A stretch of 47,188 nucleotides of DNA from Candidatus Yanofskybacteria bacterium (GCA_030688685.1 JAUYJF010000038.1:1-47188), one strand, 5' to 3'; numbered from the stretch's first letter, positions 26,141 to 36,437 are shown. Notes: generated from the sequence alone by a model not told the origin. Numbers and translations are program-made.

Positions 26141-26212
26141 TGCTCCCACTAGGAGTCGAACCTAGATCCCAGGCTTAGAAGGCCCGTGCTCTATCCATTG
26201 AGCTATGAGAGC
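26141..26212 (-). tRNA. tRNA-Arg(UCU)
   Basis: Anticodon loop CTTCTAA; full cloverleaf. Confidence 0.94.
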
Positions 26213-26253
26213 TCCGCATCCCGCAAATATTATATAATGAAGTCTCACTTTGG

Positions 26254-26562
26254 TCAATTGCCTTCAGATTCCAGCATCATCCGGAAAAGATCCCGGGAGC
26301 TTCTTGCTTCGGTTTGCTGAAACGTCCTTTCGCGTTCTTGCTGAATCTCCAGGATTGTTTGAAGCCGCTCTTCTTGGAACCGCATCCCAGAGGCCTCTGA
26401 AAGCGCGGGGGTTCTGGAAGAGAATCCATACACAAGAAACAACAGGACAGAGATCAGGAGGCCGAGCGTCGTGAGAATCAGGAAAAAACCAAGCGAGTGA
26501 TACCCTGCCTGGCGCACGAGTTTTTGCGCGTATTCTTTGATTGTTTCTTTTTTAATAGTCAT
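26254..26562 (-). CDS. Small single-TM protein ending the pilMNO operon
   Basis: One hydrophobic helix; 4-nt overlap with the pilO-like gene. Confidence 0.6.
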   Translation of the reverse strand: MTIKKETIKEYAQKLVRQAGYHSLGFFLILTTLGLLISVLLFLVYGFSSRTPALSEASGMRFQEERLQTILEIQQERERTFQQTEARSSRDLFRMMLESEGN

Positions 26563-27083
26563 CGTGTAAATGCCTTTACGGTAAGAGAAAACGACAATAC
26601 TCCCGTACTCTCTTTCTGAATACGCGCATCTCTGACCTCAATGAGGTAGGGAGCATTTTCAAGCAATCTGAGCATTGTTGTGAGTTGAACATATGATCCG
26701 CGCCCGGAAACAAGAAATGCCGCGGAGGGCCAGAGATCTTCCTGCTGCTGACCCGTGCCAGGAGCTATAGAGAGGGACATACCTGCCTGTTCTCCCGCGT
26801 TCTCTAAAAACTCAATAAATTCAATGGGAACGACAGAATGAATAAATAAGCGCTCCAGATCCGCCACATCCTTTCCATGCCTTGCCTTGAATCGCTGGAA
26901 TTCTCGGGCATCATTTTCTTCTTGCGCGGCTTTCTGAAGCTGCGTCTGGATATTTTCAAGCTCAGCTGATCCTTTCACAATCCCCCGCACAAGCGGAAAA
27001 ACACCAAAGAGAATCAGGAGAACGGAAGCCCCGAACACAAGCAGTACTGTCCCGAATCGTGTTTTTTGCTTTGCCTGTTTCAT
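26559..27083 (-). CDS. pilO: PilO-like type IV pilus alignment protein
   Basis: N-terminal TM helix, coiled coil, GSY.QL..LRLLENAPYLIEV; position after pilMN. Confidence 0.7.
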   Translation of the reverse strand: MKQAKQKTRFGTVLLVFGASVLLILFGVFPLVRGIVKGSAELENIQTQLQKAAQEENDAREFQRFKARHGKDVADLERLFIHSVVPIEFIEFLENAGEQAGMSLSIAPGTGQQQEDLWPSAAFLVSGRGSYVQLTTMLRLLENAPYLIEVRDARIQKESTGVLSFSLTVKAFTR

Positions 27084-27646
27084 AATGCAAATGCTTCAAT
27101 ATCCATGCTCGCGGAAAAGAGAACGTCCGTTCGCGCGACATAGCTTGAGAGGGGAAAAGCAACGCTGCTAAAAAACATGTCTTCTTCAAGATTCTGCTTA
27201 AACCCAAGCATCGCGTCTCGCGTAGAAGCGAATCCCGACAGTTCAATGCGAGCTTTTACTTTTTTCTTCACGCCTCGCTCAGTTACGGTAGTCGGGGGAG
27301 AGTAGACAAGAGCGCGAAGTTCCACATCTCCGGGAAGAGCTTGCTCAAGATGCTCAACAAGAAGCAGCAACCGCGGCGTGGCAGTATAGAATCTTTGGAG
27401 AGAGATGAGCGTTCCATCTATTGCCCGCATCTCCTGCGTGTCTTGCGCCGTCTGATCCTTCTGGAGAGAAGAGAGAAGGAGATTCTGGGCCTGCACTTTC
27501 CCGGTAATGGAAATGAGAACAGCCGCAAGAAGAAGCAGGGAGGCAAGGAGAGCCGCAGCACAGGCAATTCCTCCCGCGATCAGCAGACGAAAGAAATGTT
27601 CCTCAACGATTTGCTGTTTCCTTTCTGGGGGCAGAAGGTTAATCAT
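27080..27646 (-). CDS. pilN: PilN-like type IV pilus protein
   Basis: MINLLP PilM-binding motif, TM helix, LSGFASTRD; start set at ATG 27646. Confidence 0.8.
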   Translation of the reverse strand: MINLLPPERKQQIVEEHFFRLLIAGGIACAAALLASLLLLAAVLISITGKVQAQNLLLSSLQKDQTAQDTQEMRAIDGTLISLQRFYTATPRLLLLVEHLEQALPGDVELRALVYSPPTTVTERGVKKKVKARIELSGFASTRDAMLGFKQNLEEDMFFSSVAFPLSSYVARTDVLFSASMDIEAFAL

Positions 27647-28748
27647 AGGAAGGAGGCTGGATTCCGCGAAGCGCCAGACCAAGGGCAGTGGCATATCTTA
27701 GAGAATCCTCAAAATGGAGGGTGGGGATAACCTGCGCGCGATCCGGTAAAATATTCACCCATGGATTCGCAAGCTCAACTTGGACCCCCAAGGCGCTCGC
27801 GAGCCATGCGGGAAGACCTTTCAGATTCGCCGCCCCTCCGCACAGCATGACTCTCTGAACTCGGCTCTGCTCTTTCACAAGATGCTGATGCTGAGCGTGT
27901 GACGCGTAATATTCCATATACTTGCGCATGTGTTCTGCGAGATCGGAAAGAACCGGGACAAGAGCTTCAAATACATTGCGCCCTTCTTTGTCTTCGGGGA
28001 AAGCGAGTCCGTACGCGCGCTTCTTCTCTTCCGCTTCTTCCAAAGATATTCCCATGTACTTTGCGACAGCTTCCGTAAGACCAAACGAAGAAGCTTGCAA
28101 AGAAGTGGTAAAGCGCAGACTGTGCCCCGCAAAGACACTCAAGGACGTGCGCGTTGCCCCAAGATCTGCGACCAGGAGCGGCACAGGAGAGGTGTTGTTT
28201 TGAATGACGGCGCGGAGAACCGCGAGCGACTCTATCTCAAGAGCGATAGGAATCAATCCGACCTGGTCAAGAACCGCCACGTACGAATCCACCGTGCTCT
28301 TGGGAAGCGCCGCTAAAAGAATATCCAGGTGGTCAAGATGATTCTTCAGAGGAGAAACAATTTCATGGTCAAGATACACCGTTTCCAAAGGATAGGGTAC
28401 GTAGTTTTCCGCTTCAAAGGTCAGGGCCTCCCGCACTTGGCGCCTTTCCATGCGCGGAAGCTGGATCACCTGAAGAAACGCCTTCTCTTCCGGAAGAGAC
28501 GCAACCACATACGGAGTGCCCAAGGGCTCCCCCTGGACGCTCTGGCACGCGGAAATAATGGTACTGGCAAGCTGATCTTTATTCTGGACTTCCCCGTTCT
28601 TCACCAGCTCCTCTCCAACAGCATACTCTCCAAAAGAAGTGAGTGCTTTTGTTCCTTCTCGCTGAGAAAGCTTCGCAATTTTTAAGGTGAAATCCGAAAC
28701 ATCCAACCCAAACGCGTCCTGGTAAAGTTTTGAAAAACCCATGAACAT
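27639..28748 (-). CDS. pilm: Type IV pilus assembly protein PilM
   Basis: FGLDVSD, FEAENYVP, VADLGATRT, LCGGAANLKGL, NPW, YATALGLALR (FtsA/actin-like fold). Confidence 0.9.
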   Translation of the reverse strand: MFMGFSKLYQDAFGLDVSDFTLKIAKLSQREGTKALTSFGEYAVGEELVKNGEVQNKDQLASTIISACQSVQGEPLGTPYVVASLPEEKAFLQVIQLPRMERRQVREALTFEAENYVPYPLETVYLDHEIVSPLKNHLDHLDILLAALPKSTVDSYVAVLDQVGLIPIALEIESLAVLRAVIQNNTSPVPLLVADLGATRTSLSVFAGHSLRFTTSLQASSFGLTEAVAKYMGISLEEAEEKKRAYGLAFPEDKEGRNVFEALVPVLSDLAEHMRKYMEYYASHAQHQHLVKEQSRVQRVMLCGGAANLKGLPAWLASALGVQVELANPWVNILPDRAQVIPTLHFEDSLRYATALGLALRGIQPPSYD

Positions 28749-28786
28749 TGATTGATTGTACCGCGTTTCGCGCACCGAACGCAATC

Positions 28787-30019
28787 TCATTCCACTTCTC
28801 TCCAGCTTACAACCGTCCAGCCGGCAGCGGGACCTGAAGTAAACACCGCGTCTTCCAATCCAATTTCGTACGTAAGCTCAGCGTTATTTTTCACATGAAT
28901 GCCATATCCGGTTATTGATCTCATCTCGGTATTGTTTTGTATCTCAACCCATCCGGTGTTTGAATAGAGAATATCCGCGCGCGCGGAGTTCTTCATAATC
29001 ATGGCGGGATTCGCAGAAGAAGCGCTCACATACATCAGGTAACTGCCGGGCGCCCCGGATCCGGAAGAAACAGAACTGTTTTGCAATGTAAGAAGAGCAT
29101 CCCCCACAATGACGCCGCTCATGGTGCCGTATGAGGAATCAAGACGTACCCGCGCAGAATTGCTTATTGTGATTTCTCCGGTAACCCACAGGGTTCCCGC
29201 CACCACCAGCGTTGCCGTGTTTTGAATAATAAGGTCTCCTTCTATCTTCACGGGCCCCAGAATATGAGTACCGGTGCTCCTGCTGTAGCTCCCGATGGTG
29301 CCTCCAGCGGCCGCGTCTTCTTTCCACGTCTCAATCTCAGAATCTAGTATGGGAAGCGACACAGGTTCTACCGGAAGCCCTTCGGTCGTTAGAGAGCCGG
29401 AGGTGCATGCCAGTACCGTATTCGCGTGCAGAGTTCCTGCAACCTCCGCATTTTCGCAGACATCGGCGCGAGCGTTTCCGCCGACAACACCCCCGGAAAG
29501 TTTCTTTCCGATGCCCGCGATAAGGATGGTGTCTGTAACTTGAGCGCTTCCTATAAGCTGAGCGTCCCCGTTTGAGAATACGTTCCCCACTACCTTGCTT
29601 TGGTTGTCCATGCGCAAGCCCCCTCCCCCGACTTGCGCGCCGTAGAAAAATCCCGGAGTTACCGTGGAGAGCTCATACACTATTTCTATCTTGCGAACGC
29701 GGTCCGCGAATATTCCTTCCGCCGTAATGACGCGCGCGCCCGCGGCAATATCTGAAATGAGTACCTCCACTTCTCCTTCGCCAAAGGAAAACGCATAGGG
29801 GCTTGACCAGCTCATGCCCTTTTCAAGACGCAGGAGCGCGTCTTCAATTCCCGCTTCTGCCGCGTAGAAGGCGAGAAGTGACTGTTCCGTGTTCCGGGCA
29901 ATACGCGCCTCTCCCACAAAAAGAAGCGTACCGGTCGCCGTAATACCGGCAAGAATGCCCATCACGATTGTTGCAACAGAAATCGCGGCAAATCCGCGCT
30001 CATGAACGCTACTCTTCAT
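28787..30019 (-). CDS. PilX-like minor pilin / pilus assembly protein
   Basis: RGFAAI prepilin-like N-terminus, AFYAAEAGIEDALLRL PilX motif, beta-helix-like body, ends SWREVE. Confidence 0.75.
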   Translation of the reverse strand: MKSSVHERGFAAISVATIVMGILAGITATGTLLFVGEARIARNTEQSLLAFYAAEAGIEDALLRLEKGMSWSSPYAFSFGEGEVEVLISDIAAGARVITAEGIFADRVRKIEIVYELSTVTPGFFYGAQVGGGGLRMDNQSKVVGNVFSNGDAQLIGSAQVTDTILIAGIGKKLSGGVVGGNARADVCENAEVAGTLHANTVLACTSGSLTTEGLPVEPVSLPILDSEIETWKEDAAAGGTIGSYSRSTGTHILGPVKIEGDLIIQNTATLVVAGTLWVTGEITISNSARVRLDSSYGTMSGVIVGDALLTLQNSSVSSGSGAPGSYLMYVSASSANPAMIMKNSARADILYSNTGWVEIQNNTEMRSITGYGIHVKNNAELTYEIGLEDAVFTSGPAAGWTVVSWREVE

Positions 30020-30524
30020 GCGATCGCACGGAAACCGTGGTTGTTATGGATACGGATGCCTGAAATTCAGGGCGCTCGCTCGCAGTCTCGCGTCTTGCTT
30101 CCAGCTCAATGCGTACTGATCCTGAATCAATCTGCGAAAACACGAGGCGCGTAATTTCCAGAGCCGCGGGGCTCAAGGCAATGGGAATCTCTCCCTCCTT
30201 CTTCAGGCAAAGGCGGCTCTCACAGAGAAAGAAATCAATATAGGAGGTTTGATCCCCCGCAAGCGCGTATTTTGAAGTTTCCAGAGAAAGCTGGCCCGGG
30301 TGCTCAGCGTACACCGATGTCGGGGTGTAGATGCTTTTTGCCTCACGAATTTCCCGCCCCATGCGCTCAAGAACACGCTCAGAAGAAATGCGGGTTTCCC
30401 GCATCGCCTCAGCTTTCATGTGAACCCTCACGGTCCAGAGAAGAAACGATCCAATCGCAAAAAGCACAAGCACGAGGATCGTAGCATAGACGAGAAATTC
30501 CAGTATCGTGAATCCTTTCTGCAT
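30009..30524 (-). CDS. Minor type IV pilin (PilW-like)
   Basis: KG|FTILEFLVY prepilin cleavage/methylation motif. Confidence 0.85.
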   Translation of the reverse strand: MQKGFTILEFLVYATILVLVLFAIGSFLLWTVRVHMKAEAMRETRISSERVLERMGREIREAKSIYTPTSVYAEHPGQLSLETSKYALAGDQTSYIDFFLCESRLCLKKEGEIPIALSPAALEITRLVFSQIDSGSVRIELEARRETASERPEFQASVSITTTVSVRSHEE

Positions 30525-30525
30525 G

Positions 30526-31062
30526 CTATTGGCGCCAATTGGCGAATAAAGAGGCGACCTCTACTTCGTATGTCGCGCCCCGCGAATCCCAAAAAACCCG
30601 TACGCGCGCCTTCTTGGTTTCTTCATCAACTGCTCCTCCCTCCTCTACGATGTTTCCTCCCCCGTCTCTCCGCACCTGTTCAAAAATGATCTCTCGCGTG
30701 TATTCATCTATGGACTCTGTCCCTTGTACCAGCTCCCAGCGAGCCGGAGATCCGGACTCCAAAAGCATGAAAGAAACACCGGTATTTTTTGTTCCAATCC
30801 CGTCTTCGTTCCAATCGGTTGCGTCGCGGAATGAACGGACCGCCTCCAGGCCTTCCTGCGCGAGAGCGAGCGCTTTTCCCCTCTGTTCCTGGGTTTTTGC
30901 CTGCTGAAGAATAAATATTGTTCCTCCAAGAACAGAGACAAAAACCACGGTGGCAATAGCGGTGGCCACGAGAATTTCCACGACAGTCACGCCCCGACTA
31001 TTGCCAGAAGGGCTCTGAGACAAAGGCAGAACCCCCTCGTGTTGTTTCTCCGTCTTCATCAT
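30526..31062 (-). CDS. Minor type IV pilin (PilV-like); start uncertain
   Basis: RG|VTVVEILVA prepilin motif; A..LAQEGLEAVRS.RD. Confidence 0.8.
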   Translation of the reverse strand: MMKTEKQHEGVLPLSQSPSGNSRGVTVVEILVATAIATVVFVSVLGGTIFILQQAKTQEQRGKALALAQEGLEAVRSFRDATDWNEDGIGTKNTGVSFMLLESGSPARWELVQGTESIDEYTREIIFEQVRRDGGGNIVEEGGAVDEETKKARVRVFWDSRGATYEVEVASLFANWRQ

Positions 31063-31858
31063 AAAAAATGAGGTCTGATGCTTCTCCCTGAAAAGCGATT
31101 CTCAGGGACGCTGTATTAAACCTGCGGTCGCGCTGAATGGAGAATTCAGTGTCAGGATCATTCAGCCGATGAGTTATGAGCACGACCTTTTGGGCTTCTC
31201 CTCCAACTTGCACGGTACCCTTCCAAGAAAGCTGTCCGGCCGCGAGAAACGCAGAAAAAGGAATGAGAACGACCGTCTCCTCGCCAGATCCCTCCGCGAA
31301 CACCAGCTCAAGCGATTCTGTGGATGTATCAATAATCCTGCTGTAGGAAATATGCACATGGCGGGAATCTCGCGCGCGCTCCTCACCAGAAACAGGAGAT
31401 CCTTCAAGGACGCTCAGGGTTCCCGCCTCCCCGATGTACACGCTTCTTGTGTGGTCAGCCGCCTGCACACGGATAAATCCTGTCTGTTCTGGAATTCCGT
31501 CAATTCTCCGAAATACCACTTCGTCTTCGGTCCCCAGGGAGATTTCCGTAAACATAGTTCCCCGGGGAAGCTCAAAAACAGCATCCTCATTCAGATCCCG
31601 CGTCTCATAGCTCTCCCCCTGAAATAAGGTATAGCGAAGGGCTTCAGAATCAAAAAACACTCCGTACTGGCTCGCGCTTTCAGAAGCAAGAGATTTGCTC
31701 TGCGCTTGGCGAAGAACACTGAGCATCTCTTGAGAAGCGCGTTCGGCACTGTATGTTTTCTGGAATTCACTAAATGCTCCCGCTCCAATAATAAAGAGGA
31801 TGCCTGCGAGCCCCAAGACCACGAGAAGCTCAATGAGGGTAAACCCTTTTGTCCTCAT
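30998..31858 (-). CDS. Minor type IV pilin (FimT/GspH-like) with extended C-terminal domain
   Basis: KG|FTLIELLVV motif; LRQAQSKSL..YGVFF. Confidence 0.85.
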   Translation of the reverse strand: MRTKGFTLIELLVVLGLAGILFIIGAGAFSEFQKTYSAERASQEMLSVLRQAQSKSLASESASQYGVFFDSEALRYTLFQGESYETRDLNEDAVFELPRGTMFTEISLGTEDEVVFRRIDGIPEQTGFIRVQAADHTRSVYIGEAGTLSVLEGSPVSGEERARDSRHVHISYSRIIDTSTESLELVFAEGSGEETVVLIPFSAFLAAGQLSWKGTVQVGGEAQKVVLITHRLNDPDTEFSIQRDRRFNTASLRIAFQGEASDLIFYDEDGETTRGGSAFVSEPFWQ

Positions 31859-31862
31859 GCCA

Positions 31863-33077
31863 TTAGATGGAACCAAGCATGCCATACATGGGCTGAATCA
31901 TGGAGATCGCGAAAAACCCGACAACTCCTCCGATAATAAGCATGAGAAGGGGTTCAATAACGGTGGCGATATTCTTGGTTGCGTTCGCGACTTCTTCCTC
32001 AAAAAAATCCGCGAGCTTGGCAAGAACTTCCGCGGTCTGCCCGGTTTCTTCTCCTACCTGAACCATCTGCAGCACATTGATGGGATACAAGTCCTCATAG
32101 GGCTGCAGTGCCTCTGAAAGTTTCGCTCCCTTGCGCACTTCTTCCGCGGCGGCAGTTAAAGAATGCCGGAAGCTGGCGCTGCGCACAACCGATGAAGTAA
32201 TGGAGAGAGCGCGCAAAAGAGGAACACCGGCGGCAATCAGAGAACTGAGCGTTCTAATGATGATAGCGGCGTTTGTTTTGTGAAAGAGTTCTGAAAGAAA
32301 AGGCAGCCGAAGGAAGAAAGCGTCAAGAAGCTTCCCTCCCGCGCTTGTTTTTGCTCCCCACCGCAGGGCTATGATTCCCGCGACTCCTATACCGACCGCA
32401 ATATACCAGAATTGTTTCAGGAACTCACCCACTGCTATAATAATTCTCGTCGTGAGCGGGAGAGGCACTCCGAGGTCGCCAAATGTCTTCGCGAGCTCAG
32501 GAACTACGACCACCAGCATGGTAATGCCAACCGCGGACATCGCAGTGAGCACAACAGCAGGATAGAGAAGTGCCCCCTGAATCCTGGATTTCAGCTCGTG
32601 CTCGCGTTCCAGCTGAAGAGCGAGGTGCATAAGAACATCCTCAAGGGTTCCCGATTCTTCTCCCACCTGAACCATACTTTGGAAAAGATCGGGGAAAATA
32701 TTCGCGTGATGTCCCATGGCTTGCGCGAGAGTTTCACCGCGCACGATTTGCTCGCGCATCTCATTCAGCCCCTTTTTGAGCTGGCCGTTTCCGGTTTGGT
32801 CCGCGAGAATTGAGAGAGCTTTCGGTAATCCCACTCCCGCTGAGATCAGTACCTTGAGATTCCGCACAAGAAACAGCTTATCCTTTACCGACACTCCTCC
32901 AATACTGATCTGTAATTTCTGAAGGAGGGGAGAGGCTTTCTTTTCTTCGTCAGCGGACGTAAGCACGAGCCCTTCGGATCGCAAAGAAGCGGCGAGCACC
33001 CGCTTACTTTTTGCCGTCTTGCTTCCAGAAAATGACTTGCCTGATTGTGAGATAGCGGTGTAGAGATAGGTGGGCAT
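31863..33077 (-). CDS. pilC: Type IV pilus platform protein PilC (GspF family)
   Basis: Two GspF repeats: MVQVGEESGTL, ALLYP, MVQVGEETG, IEPLL. Confidence 0.93.
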   Translation of the reverse strand: MPTYLYTAISQSGKSFSGSKTAKSKRVLAASLRSEGLVLTSADEEKKASPLLQKLQISIGGVSVKDKLFLVRNLKVLISAGVGLPKALSILADQTGNGQLKKGLNEMREQIVRGETLAQAMGHHANIFPDLFQSMVQVGEESGTLEDVLMHLALQLEREHELKSRIQGALLYPAVVLTAMSAVGITMLVVVVPELAKTFGDLGVPLPLTTRIIIAVGEFLKQFWYIAVGIGVAGIIALRWGAKTSAGGKLLDAFFLRLPFLSELFHKTNAAIIIRTLSSLIAAGVPLLRALSITSSVVRSASFRHSLTAAAEEVRKGAKLSEALQPYEDLYPINVLQMVQVGEETGQTAEVLAKLADFFEEEVANATKNIATVIEPLLMLIIGGVVGFFAISMIQPMYGMLGSI

Positions 33078-33079
33078 AC

Positions 33080-34831
33080 CTATTCTGTAATAACGCGAAG
33101 CACTTCTTCTATGGAAGTAAGGCCGCGGGCCGCCTTGAGAAAGCCGTCTTCAACCATGCTCACCATGCCTTCTGTCTGCGCCTGCTTTCTGAGATTGTCC
33201 ACTGAGGATTCCTCCTCAATGATTCGCTTGATGGATTCGGTCAGCGGAAACACCTCGTAAATCCCGACTCTTCCTTTGTAGCCGTCAGGATTCTCCTTGG
33301 TTTCCTTGGGTCGCCAGAACGTGGCTTCGTGGATCCCTTTTCCTGCTTTTAAAATTCCTTCCGCGATCAGAAGTTTTTCAACCCGATCAAAATCACACAG
33401 CTCTGAGAATCGTTCCAAATCGCTCTTGGTCAGCTTGTATTCTTCCTTCTCGTCGCATAACTTGCGCACCAGCCGCTGGGCAATCACTAAGCTCAGGGTG
33501 GAAGAAATAAGGAACGGTTCCACCTGCATATCAATAAGCCTGGGGATCGCTCCGGGAGCGTCATTAGTATGAAGCGTGGAAAGAACCAGATGGCCGGTGA
33601 GGGCGGCGTTCACGGCAAGAGAAGCTGTTTCCTGATCGCGAATTTCCCCTACCATAATAATGTCCGGATCCTGCCGAAGGAGGGACCTCAGCCCGTTCGC
33701 GAAGGTCAGGCCAACCTTGGACCGAACCTGCGTCTGGTTCACGCGGGGCATGCGATATTCAATCGGATCTTCCACGGTGGAGATATTCACCGCGGGACTA
33801 TTGAGAACCTCCATCATAGAATACAACGTTGTTGTTTTTCCGGATCCTGTGGGTCCGGTAACCAGAATCATGCCGACAGGACGGCGCAATGCCTGTTCTG
33901 CGCGCTCTAAAGCAGAGCCTGATAAACCAAGTTCCGCCAGCGTAAAAGCCTGGGCTGATTCGGAAAGAAGGCGCATGACAATTTTCTCCCCGTCAAAAAC
34001 CGGGAGAATGGACACGCGCATGGAATATTTATATCCCTCTGTTTCCACCTTAAACCGGCCGTCTTGGGGAAGGCGGTGCTCGTCAAGCTTGAGATCAGAA
34101 AGCACCTTGATGCGCGCGACAATCCCGGAAGCCGCCTGCTTGGGAAGCACCATGGCATCGCGCAGCACCCCGTCAATCCGGTAGCGCACGATAACCTCCT
34201 TTTCGGTCGGCTCAATGTGGATATCCGAAGCGCGCTGGAGAATCGCGTGTTTGATAAGCGTGTCAACGATCCTGATGACCGGGAGTTCTTCTGCCGCTTT
34301 TTTCAGGTCCTCCTGCTCGCTCTTTGCCTCCCGCGAATCCTGAACCGTTGTAATGCCCTCTCCTTCCTGCTTAATGATATCCCCGAACTCTGCTTCCAAG
34401 CTTTGCGAGTATTGCTGAAGGGCGTTCTTGATGGACTGGGGCGTCGTGAGGCGAGCTCTCACCTTGAGATCCGACTTCTTCTTAATAAAGTCAATCGTTA
34501 CGAGATCCTGGGGATCAAGCATGGCGACTTCCAGCTCCTTTCCTTTTTTACGGAACGCCACAATATTATGGGATTTCGCAATGGGTTCTGGAATAATCCT
34601 GAGCACCTCAGGATCAATTTGCTCCTCTTCCAGATTTACGAACGGAACCCCTAAAATGTATGCTTCTGTTTTGATAAGCTCCTCTTCTGGGATGAGCTCT
34701 TCCGCGAGCAGAATATCCCTCAGTTTCTTTCCGCCTTTCTTTGCCTCTTTTTCGGCGTCCTCAAGAGCGCCCGCTCCAATGAGCTTGGCATCAAGCAAAA
34801 ATGCTTTCAGCTGCTGGTCTTCAACTTTCAT
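33080..34831 (-). CDS. pilB: Type IV pilus assembly ATPase PilB (GspE family)
   Basis: ASDIHIEP, RLPQDGR, GPTGSGKTTTLY, LRQDPDIIMVGEIRD, TGHLVLSTLHTND. Confidence 0.94.
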   Translation of the reverse strand: MKVEDQQLKAFLLDAKLIGAGALEDAEKEAKKGGKKLRDILLAEELIPEEELIKTEAYILGVPFVNLEEEQIDPEVLRIIPEPIAKSHNIVAFRKKGKELEVAMLDPQDLVTIDFIKKKSDLKVRARLTTPQSIKNALQQYSQSLEAEFGDIIKQEGEGITTVQDSREAKSEQEDLKKAAEELPVIRIVDTLIKHAILQRASDIHIEPTEKEVIVRYRIDGVLRDAMVLPKQAASGIVARIKVLSDLKLDEHRLPQDGRFKVETEGYKYSMRVSILPVFDGEKIVMRLLSESAQAFTLAELGLSGSALERAEQALRRPVGMILVTGPTGSGKTTTLYSMMEVLNSPAVNISTVEDPIEYRMPRVNQTQVRSKVGLTFANGLRSLLRQDPDIIMVGEIRDQETASLAVNAALTGHLVLSTLHTNDAPGAIPRLIDMQVEPFLISSTLSLVIAQRLVRKLCDEKEEYKLTKSDLERFSELCDFDRVEKLLIAEGILKAGKGIHEATFWRPKETKENPDGYKGRVGIYEVFPLTESIKRIIEEESSVDNLRKQAQTEGMVSMVEDGFLKAARGLTSIEEVLRVITE

Positions 34832-35202
34832 GCCGCTTCTCCTAATGACTGCTTCACTTTCTGGACGACCTCCTCCAGATTATAGTTCGCTTTCACCAGA
34901 TAGGTGGTAGCGCCTAATTCCAGCGCTTTTTGGATGTCCTCAATCTTTTCCAGATTGGTAAGCAAAATAACGGGAATATGCGCGGTTTCCTTGTCTGCCT
35001 TGAGCTGCTTGAGCACATCAAAACCATGCATGCGGGGAAGCACCAGGTCCAGAAGAATGAGATCGGGTTTCTTTTCTTTTGCTGTTCGTAATCCGATTTC
35101 ACCGTCAAGCGCGGGAACAAACTCGTATCCCTCTTGCGCGAGAATATCCCCCAGCATTTTTTGCAGTGCTCCTTCGTCCTCAATTGATAGAATAGTTTTC
35201 AT
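34828..35202 (-). CDS. Single-domain response regulator
   Basis: ILSIEDE, PDLILLDLVLP, ILLTN, YLVK receiver motifs. Confidence 0.93.
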   Translation of the reverse strand: MKTILSIEDEGALQKMLGDILAQEGYEFVPALDGEIGLRTAKEKKPDLILLDLVLPRMHGFDVLKQLKADKETAHIPVILLTNLEKIEDIQKALELGATTYLVKANYNLEEVVQKVKQSLGEAA

Positions 35203-36170
35203 GATAAAGGAATAATAAACCAGAATTTCGACCCTTTGTTCTCCTTTGAAGAAAATTGGATTTTCCCTCCAGCTTTCTCCAGAATGGATTTCACAATATA
35301 CAGCCCGAGCCCCGTTCCCTGGGTCTCGTGGCGAAGAGCATTTGAGCTGCGGAAAAATCTCTGGAAAATATATTTGTGATCCCGCTGGGGGATTCCCACC
35401 CCATTGTCTTCAATTTCAAACTGCAAAAACGCTCCTCTGCGGAAATAGCGGATCGCAACGCGCTTCTTGGCTTTTGTCGCGCCTGTTTCCCCGTCCTTCC
35501 AAGCGTAGCGGATCGCGTTATCCAGAAGATTGGAGAGCACCTGCCTGATCTTTCCGGGATCGCTTGTGATGCTGGGGAGTTCCTCTCCCTCAAGCGCGAT
35601 TTCAATATTGGAGGAGGTGAGAATCGGCTTGAACTCTGCCACAACGCTCTCCACGAGAGCTGGAAAAGAAAATTGCTCCGCCTGGAAGGGAAGATCATTT
35701 TGCTCAATCCGGGAAACAGACAAAAGGTCATTTACGAGATTATGCATGCGGGCGGAGTTGTCTTTTAAGATGGTAAAGTAGCTCTGCTGATTCGGGTTGA
35801 CCTGTCCCAAGCGTCCAGAGAGAAGAAACTCTAAGGCCCATTTTAAATTGGAAATGGGGGCGCGCAGCTGATGGGATACGATGCTTACAAACTCGGATTT
35901 CATGCGAGAGGCCTCAGCAAGCCGCTCAAAAGACTTTGTCACAAGGTACGAGAGGACAAGGAGCCCCGCGGTCACAAAGATGATGATCAAGCTTACCATA
36001 TACGGATCCTCTATGAAGCGCGTGCCCACTCCATATAACAGGAGCATGGATATGATGATCAAAAACCCCATGACAACAAACAGGAACTGCGGACACTGCC
36101 AAAGAGATATCCTGTATTTCGTGCAATCCGCGAAAGGATTTAAGCGTTCAAAGAATTCCTTTGAAGTCAT
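35199..36170 (-). CDS. Two-TM sensor histidine kinase
   Basis: H-box VSHQLRAP, N-box NLLDNAIRY, G1 DNGVGIP, G2 GTGLGL. Confidence 0.94.
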   Translation of the reverse strand: MTSKEFFERLNPFADCTKYRISLWQCPQFLFVVMGFLIIISMLLLYGVGTRFIEDPYMVSLIIIFVTAGLLVLSYLVTKSFERLAEASRMKSEFVSIVSHQLRAPISNLKWALEFLLSGRLGQVNPNQQSYFTILKDNSARMHNLVNDLLSVSRIEQNDLPFQAEQFSFPALVESVVAEFKPILTSSNIEIALEGEELPSITSDPGKIRQVLSNLLDNAIRYAWKDGETGATKAKKRVAIRYFRRGAFLQFEIEDNGVGIPQRDHKYIFQRFFRSSNALRHETQGTGLGLYIVKSILEKAGGKIQFSSKENKGSKFWFIIPLS

Positions 36171-36229
36171 TACAAAATACTACCATACATTGACCCACTG
36201 CTCCAAATGTGATAAAAAAAATGCGTCCT

Positions 36230-36300
36230 CGGGGTATCGTATAATGGTAGTACGCTTGCTTTGGGAGCATGTAGCCTAGGTTCGATTCCTAGTACCCCGA
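36230..36300 (+). tRNA. tRNA-Pro(UGG)
   Basis: CGGGGTA/TACCCCG acceptor stem; loop TTTGGGA. Confidence 0.92.
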
Positions 36301-36330
36301 CAAACGTACACCATACTAAATGAACGGTGC

Positions 36331-36404
36331 GCGGGTGTAGCATAGTGGTAATGCACCAGGTTTCCAACCTGGCTATGTGGGTCCGATTCCCATCACCCGC
36401 TCCA
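36331..36404 (+). tRNA. tRNA-Gly(UCC)
   Basis: Anticodon arm CCAGG-TTTCCAA-CCTGG; encoded CCA; T-loop TCCGATT. Confidence 0.92.
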
Positions 36405-36406
36405 AC

Positions 36407-36437
36407 AGAAAACCACCCCTGATAGGGTGGTTTTCTT
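36407..36437. terminator. Bidirectional terminator
   Basis: AGAAAACCACCC-CTGATA-GGGTGGTTTTCT between the tRNAs and convergent rny. Confidence 0.7.

Noticed and set aside
36331..36404. Near-identity of the tRNA-Gly(UCC) and tRNA-Gly(GCC) bodies, and a C55 T-loop variant
   Set aside because: Isoacceptor similarity is expected, and a single T-loop change is too little to call a pseudogene or an att duplication.
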